Shown: positions 41,307 to 53,583 of the stretch, one piece after another
Numbering within the stretch: position 1 is the stretch's first letter
How the letters are laid out: each line of letters begins with the position of its first letter
DNA from: Nemertoderma westbladi
Taxonomy: Eukaryota > Animalia > Xenacoelomorpha
DNA: 64,000 bases
Direction of reading: 5' to 3'
Assembly (NCBI GenBank): GCA_032718475.1
Contig: JAUCBJ010001100.1
Coordinates: 15,607-79,606, forward strand
The notes under the pieces: generated by a model
Seen by the model: the letters and a program-made list of their open reading frames with translations, nothing else
Databases searched by the model: none
Told to the model about the DNA's origin: nothing
Translations under genes and position numbers: made by a program

Positions 41307-42394
41307 ACTTGAATAATAGGCGTACAAATAGAAATAGCAATACAAATGAGGACTCAATGCAATCTTTTACAAAGTTAATTCGAATAAAATAAAATTTTGA
41401 AAATCCACGGCATTTAGGGAATATAATTCTATACCGCTCCATGAAAACAGGATATTATCGTGCATAAAATATACGGTTTTCACCAATAATCAATCAAACT
41501 ATAGAATACTTAGGGCGTACTTACATATTTACAAATTAAATTTCAAACAATACTTCCTTTCTACATAATGATTCGATACAAAATAATTACAAATTCAAAC
41601 TTTACGTAGTTAAGGCTTTACTAAGTAAGTACAATATAAATCTAAATTAAATTCACCAATATAAATCTATTGCATCTCAATATTGCATAAATTCAAACAA
41701 TTACAAATACAAATAAATGAAATCATAAGAAAGGCTCGCGAGTCTTCCATCTACTATTGCATCTCAAATATTGCATAAATTCAAATAATTACAAATACTT
41801 TCGTGCCTAAATGTAGATTGCATAAGTTCGGAATAATTACAAATATGAGTCTTTCTAAGCACAAAACTTTCTAACTATAAAACTTTCTAAATACAAAATA
41901 TAACACTTTACAAATGAAACTATAAGAAAGGCCCACGAGTCTTCCATCTACTCTTACTTTCTATTTCACTGTAAATACAAATACTGCTTATAAGATATAA
42001 ATTGCATAATATTCGGAACAATATAAATTGCATAAGTTCGGAATAATATAAATTGCATAAGTTCGGAATAATATAAATTGCATAAGTTCGGAATAATCAC
42101 AAATATAAAATATAAATCTTGCAAAATATAAATTCTTACTAAATATAAGTCTTACTAAATATAGATATAAACTGCATAAGTTTAGAATAATATAAACTCC
42201 TTTGCATCTCAAATATGAAACATAAATCTTTCAAATATAAGTTCCTTCTAAATATAAACTTTCTAAATTTCATAAATTCGGAACAATACAAATTGCTTAA
42301 GTTCGGAATAAACACGAATATAAATATAAATTCAAATAAATCAGAAAATCATAAGAAAGGCTCACGAGTCTTCCATCCACCCTTGCCCTCCCTT

Positions 42395-44448
42395 TTATCG
42401 CTTAGTTGATCGAGCCCTGCCGCGTCCTCGAAAACTGCGCACAGGTGACTTTGCTCGCGATATGGGACTTGTGGGGCGAGTCTCTGGTTTCGTTTGGACG
42501 TTGAGAGACGGTGCGACTATTTCCTCGCAAATTCGTCTATTTGGCATCCCAAAACCTCGACCGATTCCTCGTGACCGATCAGTTGTCACTACAGTTGGTA
42601 GAACGTCTGGGAACGCGCGAGAAACGGACGATGCAGACCCAAGAGTAGCTTGCGCCCCCTTTTGATCAGCTGGTGTGTGTCCCGATCCTCCTATTGGTTC
42701 TCTAGGAAGCGATACCGTATCCCCGAGTTATTCGAATGGTCGGCTCGACTCCCTTGCGTTCTTCTATATTAATAGACTTCTTTAACTGTTGGCCCACTTT
42801 CTGGACCCGTATGATCCTACCCTGTCCGTCCTCCCGAGGGTGACGTGCAGACGGCGCAACCGGAGTGGCTGGTATATTTGTCGCCTCTAGGACCTCCTCT
42901 TCCTCGAATACGCTCGCTCGTATACGTTTATGGTAAAATGCGGCTCGGTACGCCCATGCGACGGTTAACCAAGCTCCTTTATTCCACTTTTCGGTTCGGA
43001 AACGATCGAATTCACCATACGTGATGGGATTAACGACTTTCTGAAAATTCCACGTGTTTTTGTTATCCGGGTGAATCTGTAGTAGATACTCGCGCACTAC
43101 TCGGAATCCACTGTCGTGGGGCAAAATATCGACTACCTCGATAAGTTCGTCATATTGGGGCATAGCGGAGATATATCCTTCCGACATCATCGTTTGGGGA
43201 TTTACCGCCCAAAATCCAAGATGCGCTCTCATCGGAAACCGTCTTCTTTGTGCCGATACATGTTCGTCGGCTAAATCTTCCCACTCATCAAATAATTTTC
43301 TCACGAGTTTTACAGATTCGTGTTCATAGGGTATGTCTCTTAGTTGGCATTCAGATGCTCGATGTCCCTTTATATTGCAATAAGTACATTGAGCCATAAA
43401 TCTCCAGCAAGTATAAAAGGTATGAGACCCTTGATCTCCACACCATCCACAGATTAGCTGAGTCGTAGTAATGTGCTTTCCACTGAACTTGGTCATATGA
43501 TGTCCAGCGACGCCACATTTACCACACATCGTATTGGCAGGGTACCACACTCGTTCATATATAAGATCTCCAATCGGTCGAGCGCTTCCTCCCACACTAT
43601 AATTGTAGTCATCTGGATCTATGGGTTGGTAGGTTTCTGAAGGTTGTATACAAACTATAGCATCTGTTGCTTCAAGTTGTCGAATCTCCGTCTGAGATTT
43701 CTTCGGGAGGTTCCTTTCTATCTCAAGAAGTTCCTCTAAAGGATCGTCAGTGATCGTAGTAGTTACTTCGAAATCATCACCAAGGTGACCGATAGGCGCG
43801 CGCGTCTGCCGTGATTCATCCGTAATCTCCACGATACGTTCTCCTTCATAGGGTAACAATGTAAACATAGATGGTCTTTCGATAAGAGATCCCGCATTGA
43901 TAATAAAGTTTATAAACTGAAAATGCTTCCTTGGTTTCTCTATCGTCCCCTCGAGTTCGTCTGTAAAGATGCATTCCATCAAATTCATCTCGTACCGCAG
44001 GCATAGGTTCGTGCGCCTTCAGGTATTGCATGGTATGATACAAACGACTAATTTCAGTATCGGGGTCTTCGCTAATATCTCCTGTATCACACAAAGCGTC
44101 GTACGGGTAAAGTTCATTGAAGGTTTTGCGCAAACTTTCGATTCTTTCATTTAATGCGTTTTGCCTCCTCTTTAATACATTCGAGTCATATTTCGTTCTC
44201 GCGAGTTTCGCTGTACTTTCTGATAATTCTTTTATACCAAATATAGTGTAATCCTTAGCTCCAAATCGTTCGAATGGCGCTGCTGCTTCCTCTTGGATAT
44301 CATATCCCCATCTCGGCTCTCCTTGTATCCCCTTCTCCATAATTAGATGTGTAGTTACATAATCATTACTACTAGAGGGAATACAACAGAGTTTGTAGTT
44401 AGTTGTGAGGAGACGTGAGAGTTTTCGTCTGCCCTTTTGGCTCGACAA
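42395..44448 (-). CDS. Extra ORF downstream of pol, split into 44448-43846, 43988-42702 and ~42727-42395; zinc-knuckle protein with an RG-rich basic tail
   Basis: Motifs CGKCGVAGH, CGWCGDQGSHTFYTC and CTYCNIKGHRASEC; same strand as pol. Joining the pieces into one protein is inferred. Confidence 0.7.
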
Positions 44449-45023
44449 CGCTCTAACCTCCTACCCATAGCCTAAGATCTAGGGTTTCTTTAATGACACG
44501 CTGCTTCTTATCTAAAATTTTTTGCCGAAATAAAAACGAATTTGGGCTAAACTGGCTGTGAGTCTAAAATACTCACTTTTTGATCCCAAACTATTATCAG
44601 AAAATAAGCAATCAAGAATTAGTAATAAATATAGGGAAGTCTATTTTGACGTAACTTATTGAAACAAGACCGTGTAAAATTTAATTAAAATTTTAAGAAA
44701 GGCTCGCAAGTCTTCCTCTCTTGTTTCTCTAATTTTAAGTTCCACCCGACTGTACCCTGAAATCTATTCACTGGAGAAAATTTTTTTTTTATTTTTTTTT
44801 TTTTTTAAATTTTTCAAATCCAAATGGATTGTCTAAAATTTCGAAAATGTCTCAATATTGTGAGTTCCAAGTAGAATTCCATTTCTTATACCTACAAATC
44901 CCGCTCCTATGTGACACATAAGGGTACTACTACCCTCAATGTTCACATATAAAGACAATGGAATTCTACCGCTGTCCTTACTACGGTGTACAGGTACGTG
45001 GAAATCTATTTGTAAACTCCTAA

Positions 45024-45905
45024 TTATTTACTAATATTTGTTGGAGATTTGTAGTCTCCAGACTCGTTACGAGTCTCTTCTAAAAGTACGAGACGTTGAG
45101 TCGGTCTGTCTACTGTACGACCGTCAATTGTCCGTACCGTCACAGTTCTTGTCACTCCATCCATAGATGGATGTGTGGCTAAAATTACACCTGTTATCCA
45201 GAAGCGTCTTTTTAGATTCACTTCTGCTAACAGCACGTGATCTCCCGGCTTTAATGCGCGGGTGTTATTGTACCATGTTGTTCTGGCAGAAATAGAGGGC
45301 AAATAATGGTTTTGCCATATTTCCCAGAATTTGTTAGCTAGTAGTTGCGTGATTTTCCACGCTTTTCTACCATAGCTATCGCTTTCTATTGGAATAGAAA
45401 TAGGCGTCAAAGTGGTCGGTGCCTGCATTAGCAGGTGTGCCGGTGTCAAAGCAAACTGAGATTGTTTGTCATCGGGTACTAATACTATTGGTCTAGTATT
45501 TAGTATTGCCTCGATTTCAACAAACAGTGTTGTCAATTGGTCGTCTGTCAATATGTGGTTTACTGGAATGACCTTTGCCATTGCCGTTTTGATAGATCTA
45601 ATCAATCTCTCCCAGACTCCGCCTCTCCATGGACTATCTGGAGGATTAAACTTCCAAACAATCTTGTGAGGTTGTAGTTCGTTCGAGATTTGATCATGAT
45701 CTAATTTCTTAAAGGCTCTAGCAATCTCATTTCGAGCACCAACAAAGTTTGTCCCTTGGTCTGAGTACAAGCACTTCACTAGTCCGCGTCTAGCGATAAA
45801 TCGCCGCAATGCTAGTATAAACGCGTTGGTGGAAAGATCCATCACACGTTCAATATGAACTGCCCTACTGGACATACATGTGAAAATCAGTCCCCAGTAG
45901 TATAC
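45024..45905 (-). CDS. pol: Integrase catalytic core and BEL-type C-terminal domain
   Basis: Motifs FTCMSSRAVHIE, YSDQGTNF, GGVWERLIRSIK, EAILNTRP, LTPAHLL and FWEIW..YL. Confidence 0.95.
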   Translation of the reverse strand, partial: VYYWGLIFTCMSSRAVHIERVMDLSTNAFILALRRFIARRGLVKCLYSDQGTNFVGARNEIARAFKKLDHDQISNELQPHKIVWKFNPPDSPWRGGVWERLIRSIKTAMAKVIPVNHILTDDQLTTLFVEIEAILNTRPIVLVPDDKQSQFALTPAHLLMQAPTTLTPISIPIESDSYGRKAWKITQLLANKFWEIWQNHYLPSISARTTWYNNTRALKPGDHVLLAEVNLKRRFWITGVILATHPSMDGVTRTVTVRTIDGRTVDRPTQRLVLLEETRNESGDYKSPTNISK

Positions 45906-46765
45906 GTCCACGTTTCGTATGTATGGGACCAAAGCAATCAATTCCAGTCTCTGTAAAAGGTGGTCTGAATGCTTGAAGTCGTGCTTGTGGAAGTTCACTC
46001 ATTTCTTGGGTACCTATTCTAGAATGTACCTTCTTACAAATAATACACGTACGTGTCACTGAACTTAACGCTTTACTGGGTCTAATTAATACAAATCTTG
46101 TACGTAAGTAGGAAAGACAGTGGTGTCTTCCAGCGTGTTTCAGATGTAAATGTGCGTCCAGTATCATTGCACGTTGTAGTTCGTGATGTTGTGGTATTAT
46201 TATAGGGTATCTAAAGTTTGTGTTAAAGTCAATGTTTTGAAGCCGAGATTTATGACAAATTAAGCCATTATAAATTATCGGACTCCAACTCAGTATTGGT
46301 GACGACTTGATTGGTTGACCTTGATTTATGGATGTGAATTCGCGCGCGAAATATCGCAGTTGGTAATGGCGAATTAATTTAATTTCACACCTGTCAATCT
46401 CAGCCAATGTAAGTCGACGTGTAAAGTCACGTTTGCCTTTAACGTATTGTACAAAACGTACAATCCACGCTAATTTTCGGCAAGCGTTCGTCCAAGAATC
46501 TGTTAGGTTTACAATACGGTCGACGTAAGTATTTGTGACGTCATCAGGTAAGTCAATGGAGATTTTGGAAGGTTTTGATTTACTAGAAGGGCCCACGGGT
46601 CCGCCGGTAAGTATTCCCTTGTTGACTGTTGATCCGTCCGGGTCTACAAGTAATTTGTCCTTCTTCGTCTTCTTACCATGGTTGTCAGTACTTTGTAAGT
46701 CGATCGTTAATGGTGGTTTGAACTCTATGGGGGTTTCGGTAAACTTATTTTTCTGCCGACATTAA
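45865..46765 (-). CDS. pol: Integrase N-terminal HHCC zinc-binding region, frameshifted on both sides
   Basis: Motifs HLHLKHAG...CIICK, MSELPQARL and PFTETGIDCFGP. Confidence 0.92.
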
Positions 46766-49700
46766 TCCCAGGTCTCACCATAGGTTGCAAGTTCGGTATG
46801 TCTCTTGAGCGCAAAGTAACACCTGTATTTACATTAGCGTAGGTACTACACACATCTGTAATACATGAGGTTTCACCGTGCTTATGGTTGCTCAAGTGTG
46901 TCAAAATTGGTAGTTTGTCAATACAAGGCCGCTCCAATAGAGAAACTGCGGCTTTACTATCTGTCAATATGTTACTAATGTTCGGTTGAACATTTTGTGA
47001 CATGTCTGGTAAAATATTTCGCGGAACATCCGGCGAAATATCTAGTGACGTGTCTGGCAAAACGTCTGGTTGACCGTCTAGTAACGTATCTGGCGATACG
47101 TCTGGTAACGTATCTGGTTGTTTGTCAATAGAAGGCCGCTCCAATAGAGAAACTGCGGCTTTACTATTTGTCAGTATGTCACTAGTGTCTGGTAGAACAT
47201 TTTGTGACATGTCTGGCAAAATGTCTGGTTGACCGTCTGGTAACGTATCTGGCGATACGTCTGGTAACGTATCTGGTTGTTTGTCAATAGAAGGCCGCTC
47301 CAATAGAGAAACTGCGGCTTTACTATTTGTCAGTATGTCACTAGTGTCTGGTAGAACATTTTGTGACATGTCTGGCAAAATGTCTGGTTGACCGTCTGGT
47401 AACGTATCTGGCGATACGTCTGGTAACGTATCTGGTTGTTTGTCAATAGAAGGCCGCTCCAATAGAGAAACTGCGGCTTTACTATTTGTCAGTATGTCAC
47501 TAGTGTCTGGTAGAACATTTTGTGACATGTCTGGCAAAATGTCTGGTTGACCGTCTGGTAACGTGTCTGTTTGACCGTCTGGCGATATGTCTGGTGTAGA
47601 AAGGCTCGCAAGTCTTCCTCTCTTGACCTTTGAAGTTATCGCTTTCCATTTCGCCTTCGGTTTTTTCTTGAGTTTAGCCGCCGTCGTCCTTTTCTTTGCC
47701 TTCCCCTTTTTTGGTTTCTTGATTTCGGCGTCCTTAGGGATGGTGTTAGACTTGTTGTCGTATAACGGTGGCCAATCTTGCGTCGATTTCTGCAAGAATT
47801 GGGGTCCGTGTTGCCAAAATTCTTTGTTCTCCGGTTTACAGAATTCCTCAGGCATCATTCCTTGCGACGCAATATCGGCTGGGTTTTGTGGTCCGGGACA
47901 ATGTCGCCAATCTTCTTTTATTGAAAGGTCTAGAATTTCTGCGCGACGGTTAGCTACGAATGTCTTGAATTCAAGTGTGTCGTTGTTTATGTAAAATAAA
48001 ACCAACGTCGCGTCAGTCCAATAAAATATCTGTAAACTTGACTGTAGTTCTGTCTGTATAAGGTTCACGATGGTGGTTGACAGGGTTGCGGCTTGTAGCT
48101 CAGCTCGTGGTGTCGTCATATACTTAGTAGGCATTGTTTTTGCCTTAGAAGTAATGAGCGAAACATCGAATTCTTCTGAGTCTACTTGTCTGCGCAAGTA
48201 GGCTGCCACACCAAAACCGTTGTCACTAGCGTCGGAAAAACAGTGTAATTCCAAGCTGTCAGGAAATGTTGTTTGTAATGGAAAGTAGACTCTGGGTATG
48301 GAATAATCCTCTAGTGAAGATAATTCTGCCTCCCAGGTCTTCCATAAGTCCACTTGGTCTGATGAGATCGGCTCGTCCCATGTTAGTCCATCCTTCCAAA
48401 TACTGCGCATATAAATGCGGGCTTGCAGTATTATTGGACTGATGAATCCTAATGGATCGAACAATCGGCTCAATTTTGACAAGCATGATCTCTTTGTCAG
48501 TGTGTTTTCTTGACTGTCCAGTCTCACCTTTACTCGAAAGTTGTCCGTGTTTGGGTCCCAAAAGAGCCCCAACACCTTGGTCGTCGGTAGTGGTTCGAAC
48601 TCTAGGTCTATGTCACCACCTCCACGCTCAGTCGTTCCGAATGAGTCTACTAATTCGGCACTGTTTGAGGCGAATTTGGTGAGGTTAAAACCTCCGCCCG
48701 CTAAGCAGTCCCGTAATTGATGTGCTACTGTTGTAGCACGTTCTACTGTGTCGCAACTCTGTAAACCGTCGTCGACGTAAAAGTCACGTTCCACAATCCT
48801 AATTATCTCAGGGTCATACAAATGTTTCTGATCCCTAGCAGCTTGTTTTAGGGCATACATTGTACAATTTGGGCTGTCTCTGGCACCGAAAACGCGAACT
48901 TGCATTTGGTAAGTCGCCGGTGGTAGACTTAAGTCTCCTTCCGGATACCAGAGGAACCTCAAACTGTCTCTGTCTTGCTCTAACGCTCTCACTTGGTGAA
49001 ACATGGCTTCAACGTCACAAGTAAAAGCTACTTGACGCTGACGGAAGCACATAATCACCCCCATAAGATAATTATTCATGTTTGGTCCATCCATCAACTC
49101 GCTATTGAGGGACATTCCCTCAAACAGAGCCGCACAGTCATTGACTACTCGTACTTTGTCTGGTTTGTCGGGGTGTCTCACATAGTGATGTGGCAAGTAG
49201 TATGTCTGGTTAGTCACTATCTCTGGGTTAGTCATTCGGATAGCGTATCCCTTGGTCAAATACGTCTCCATCTGAGTGTTGTACTGCAGATGGGCTTTCT
49301 CGTCCTTTAATAGACGTTGTCGTATTGAGTGTAGACGTCTTAAAGCTAGTGGATAGTTGTTTATGAGTTTAGGACTTTGGCTACGCCATAACATCCCTAC
49401 CTCATAATGTCCATCTTTTGTCTGGCGGATAGTATCTTCCATGATCTTCAAAGATTGTTTCTCCTGTTCCGACATACATGGTTCGTAGCTACCAGGTTCA
49501 GCTGTATCTTGTTCTAACCACCTGATAGTCTTCTCCGTTAATTCTTTGTCCAGTGCGGCTTGTTCCACTTGCTGATTTTTCAACGCTTCATCATCGATAT
49601 CGACGGGTATTGTTGAGGTTATTGGGGTAGGTAGACTCGCAAGCCTTCCGGCGTTATCATCTGTCGTCGATGGAATCTCTAGATGACTCGTCTTCTCCCC

Positions 49701-52350
49701 AAGTTCTAAACTCACCTGGTGGATCAGCTGCTCCTTGTGACTTATCATGCTAGTTACACGTCTGTCATGTTTTGTATGTAAGGTAGTATGGTCCACGTCG
49801 TGTGAAAAGGAATGAATTGAATTTGTAGTTAATAAACTACATGTACTTTGTACATCGTCTTCCTCGTCACTTATGTCCAGTGTGCGCACAGGCGCTCGAG
49901 TATACCACCCTATCGGCGTTCTACAGGCGTATGCGTTTCCCGCTACGACTGCCGATGGTCTGGTTTCCCACACTTGATGTAGGTTGAATTGGTCTGTCCC
50001 GATCAGCATTGCTACCGATCTATAATTGACAGGATATTCAGGTACACCAAGGTGTCTGAAATACTTACGGTCCTCCAAGGATTGGTCTGGGACAGGACCT
50101 AGTAGGTTACTAAAGTCTTTGGTGGCCGCAAAAGTCAAATCCTTGAAGGGTAACAAAGACCTCTCCTCTTCGCTGTGTTGCGATTTTGGAAGAAGAGTGT
50201 CTAAGTCCAACTTAACTCGTGTCACTGGTATTGCACGTTGTCCGTGCATACTACTCACGGTGTAACTGACGCGCTTACCTTGTCTGAGATCCGTCACTAC
50301 GTCAGCTATCTGTTCATCCACGTAGCTGTGAGATGAGGCTGAATCCAGGATAGCGTAGATTCTCTTGCTCCCCTTTGTGCCAGTAATCTTAATCGGAATT
50401 ACACTGAATCCCTTTAGTTGGTCAGTCGTCAGAAGCGCGATCGATGGTTGTTCGTCTCCATCAGAATATACGTCGTCGTCTTCTGACTCTTTGTCCGACG
50501 ATCCGGATTGTTCTGAGAAGCAATCCTTTATATGTGTCACAAAGGTTGGAGTCGTTTTCGATTCTCGATTTTTGTAGGCCGCTTTACATCTCGCTGCTGC
50601 TTCCGGGTGTTCCCTGGCGAAGCGTTTTGTCGGTGTGTGGCTGTCTGTGTGGAGCAGACCGTCGTGGTTGCGTCCACAGGATGGACAAGTGTCGGTATTT
50701 GGGCAATCCTTGCGAACGTGTCCGTGTCGCGTACACCGCCAACAAGAGTCCAATGGCCGTATCTGCAGCCGTCGTTCTTCCGAGTTTAACTCGCGAAACT
50801 GTCGACAACCTCTCAACTTGTGACCGATATACCGCTTGCCTATATGCTCGCAGTATTGGCAGCCGCTGAAGTCGGTACTGAGTTGCTGTCTAGTCTGCTT
50901 TGTCCCAATGGGCGCAGATACCCTACTACCGTCCGAGAATTGTCGTGATTCCGTCGGTGTGGCGTAAGTGGCCGTCTTAGTGGATGTTGTCTGGGGTTTT
51001 TGTCGGTTTGAGGATGGCAAGGTGATTCCTTCTGCCACGATGTGCTGGTCAGTGTAGTTGGATCGAGTTTCTACCACTGCCTCCCTGGATATCAAAAGGT
51101 ACACATCCTCCAGTTTTAAGAATCCACCCCGCTCTTCCCGCTGATATTCGATCTTCCTCCACTCCCGACGAAGTCGATGGTGGAGTCGTCCTATGATCTT
51201 TAATAGGACTGTAGGGGTATTCCCGTAGTCAAGTTGTCCAATGGATCTCAAAGTAGTGATAGCGTTCTTTATCTCGTCAGCCAGTTTTAATAAGTCGACG
51301 GGTTTAGTGATAGCCCCTCCCTTACAGAGTTCCTCTATCACTGACCTGGCCATGCTGACTGTACCTCCGTAGATTGAAGTTAAACGATCGTACGCTAGTT
51401 CGAAGGCGTCCGGTACACCAACGAAGGTCTCCGCCAAACGTTTAGGTTCTCCCGACAACGTTTGAAGCAGGTAATTAAACTTCTCCCGTGATGTAAAGGC
51501 GCACACGGCGATCTGAGATTCGATATAGTCTACGAAAGTGTGCCAGTGTTTTGAGCTACCGGAAAACTTCGGTGGTTGTTGTACCGGCAATCCTTGTCTG
51601 GCTGCGAATTTCGCTATCTCCTCGGCAACGTTCAGAGTTTCGCGTCCTTGGTTGGTAATCTGGTTGATATCCCTTCTTGGCGCTTTTCCCTGATACGAAG
51701 TATGTTTTGAAGGTACCGGTCTTTGTGGTTCCTTCGGGTGTCTATTATGTTCGAATTCGGAATTTCTCGAACTGTCGGTGTGAACTTCCTCCAAGCGTTC
51801 CTCGATCTGAGCCAACTTGATTACAACTGGTCGCAGGATGTCGGCGAACTGTTGTGTACTGATTGCGTCCGTTGGTTGTAACGCCTTCTGTGTTGGTGTA
51901 TTCTGTGGAGGATTGTCTACAAAGGAGTTGTCTGAACGCTCGCGTTTATATTCATCGGCCGCCCCTGTTCTAAATACCTCGCGTTTCGGGTAATCCGATT
52001 CGCTCGAAGTACTACTATCATCTGGATATGGTGGTCGACGTGTTCGCGTCCGTTGCGTCGTACGAATTCTAACGTTTCGTTTTGGAACATCGTCCGCTGA
52101 TCTCCGTTGTTCGGTAGGCTCACAAGTCTTCCTCGAAGTCGTAGATTGCGATGTAAATTGGTTGAACGGTCGCGTATCCACTGGTCTCCGTTGTTCGGTA
52201 GGCTCACAAGTCTTCCTCGAAGTCGTAGATTGCGATGTAAATTGGTTGAACGGTCGCGTATCCACTGGTCTCCGTTGTTCGGTAGGCTCACAAGTCTTCC
52301 TCGAAGTCGTAGATTGCGATGTAAACTGAACCGGTGGGCGAATGACAGCA
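46725..52350 (-). CDS. gag-pol: Gag (capsid region, three BEL-type Cys/His motifs), aspartic protease, RT and RNase H polyprotein
   Basis: Gag PKFSG...W..F with CQYC..H..C, CWRC....H....C and CPSC...H..LLH; protease AILDSAS; RT YYLPHH, DVEAMFHQV and FYVDD; RNase H LHCFSDAS, TPRAEL and NPADIASQG. The true start is uncertain. Confidence 0.97.
46915..47595 (-). repeat. In-frame 159-bp (53-aa) tandem repeat, about 4 copies, between RNase H and integrase
   Basis: Anchor GAAGGCCGCT at 47131, 47290 and 47449; built from 12-bp xPDx subrepeats. Confidence 0.95.
52100..52326 (-). repeat. In-frame 84-bp (28-aa) tandem repeat, about 2.7 copies, in gag
   Basis: FTSQSTTSRKTCEPTEQRR occurs three times. 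Confidence 0.95.
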
Positions 52351-53583
52351 TTTGAATCAACTGGCCTTGTCACTTGTGTCCTTCTGGGCTCCTCCCCGAA
52401 GGCGCACCCACGAGGCGGACACCTTTCCACCACCCCTGGGGCCAGTCCGACAGATGTTATTATCAGACCGGGCCGGAGGGTGGCCTGATGCTTCCCGGGT
52501 TCTGTTTTCGGTCCCCCGATCACACCAGCACAGCTCGTCGAACGTGTAGCCAGATGGGCGGCTACTGTCAACTTACTGTGGCCTGACTGTACATTGAGCC
52601 AACTCAAAGTATAACAAAGAGTCAACCGGCAGGTGGACCAGTCGATAGCGATCGAGCACCAAGGTCGCCCTTGGTCCTAACCGACGGTCTTGTCCCATGT
52701 GGGCTTGCGCTACCCAACATGGAATTTTGACACGTTTTCACCTGCCTCGCCGGCAATATTGAGGGGAAGTAAGTTCCACAAACAATATTGACTAGCTCGA
52801 AAGCTAGGAACAAGTAACCACTTACCCGTCCTGTACACGTGTACTCAACAGATGTTCACGAAATCAAGTACACTACGGTAAACACAAAATCTGACACATA
52901 CCATGCACACACAGAGGACATAATCGGGTAAAGACAAAATCGGGGTCAAAATCGGGAAAGACAAAATCAGAGGGGACAAATTGTATCGACTGAAACTCGA
53001 AAAGAGTCGAGAGTACCTTATTTTGCCGTCAGGGCAAAATAACTTTGTGTGCACAAAGTATGCTGGGGTGCAGTAAAGTATGGTCCTACTAATACCAGCG
53101 GCGTCTTGTCCAACTGGCAAGGGTTCCCATACCCACTCGCAGTGGCCACACATACAATCACGTGTACTCACATACTCACAGCAACAGAAAGCTCAAGACC
53201 CGACGGTTTTTCCAATGCCACCAAAGACCAATCAGCTGAACATGGAGACAATAACATATTATAGTATCAAAAAAACGGAACAGCTGACGGTCAATGGAAC
53301 CATCCAAGCCCCAAGCAAACTGCCACTGATCGCCCACATACAAAACATAGTTCACGCCACATGAACCACAAATCACGCCATGCCACCATCCCTACTGTGT
53401 ACAGGACTGGCAGTACGGCAACAGGCCGACTAGACGGTACCATGGCACCATGGCAATTCATGGTTCGTTAGACACGAGGGCCTTCAGTGACTCCCTAGCA
53501 CTATATGACAATTTAACGTGCCCCCAGACCCTCACGAGTCCGCCGCCGCCTGTTAGACCCACCCCTATAGAGACCTCACCTCT

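Larger units (their letters stand above)
39535..41433 (-). repeat. 3' LTR (1899 bp)
   Basis: Matches 56109-57870 plus 61866-61999; about 2 substitutions and one 3-bp indel noticed. A weak PPT (ATGGAGCGG, minus strand) is adjacent at 41434-41442. Confidence 0.96.

Noticed and set aside
52350-52625. N-terminus of the 1966-aa ORF as the real start
   Set aside because: It has a non-ATG start and lies within the non-coding-like interruption; the ATG at 55277 is the more plausible gag start.
52368-53510. Solo LTR TGTCAC...TGACA nested in gag
   Set aside because: No flanking TSD; kept only as an unexplained interruption.
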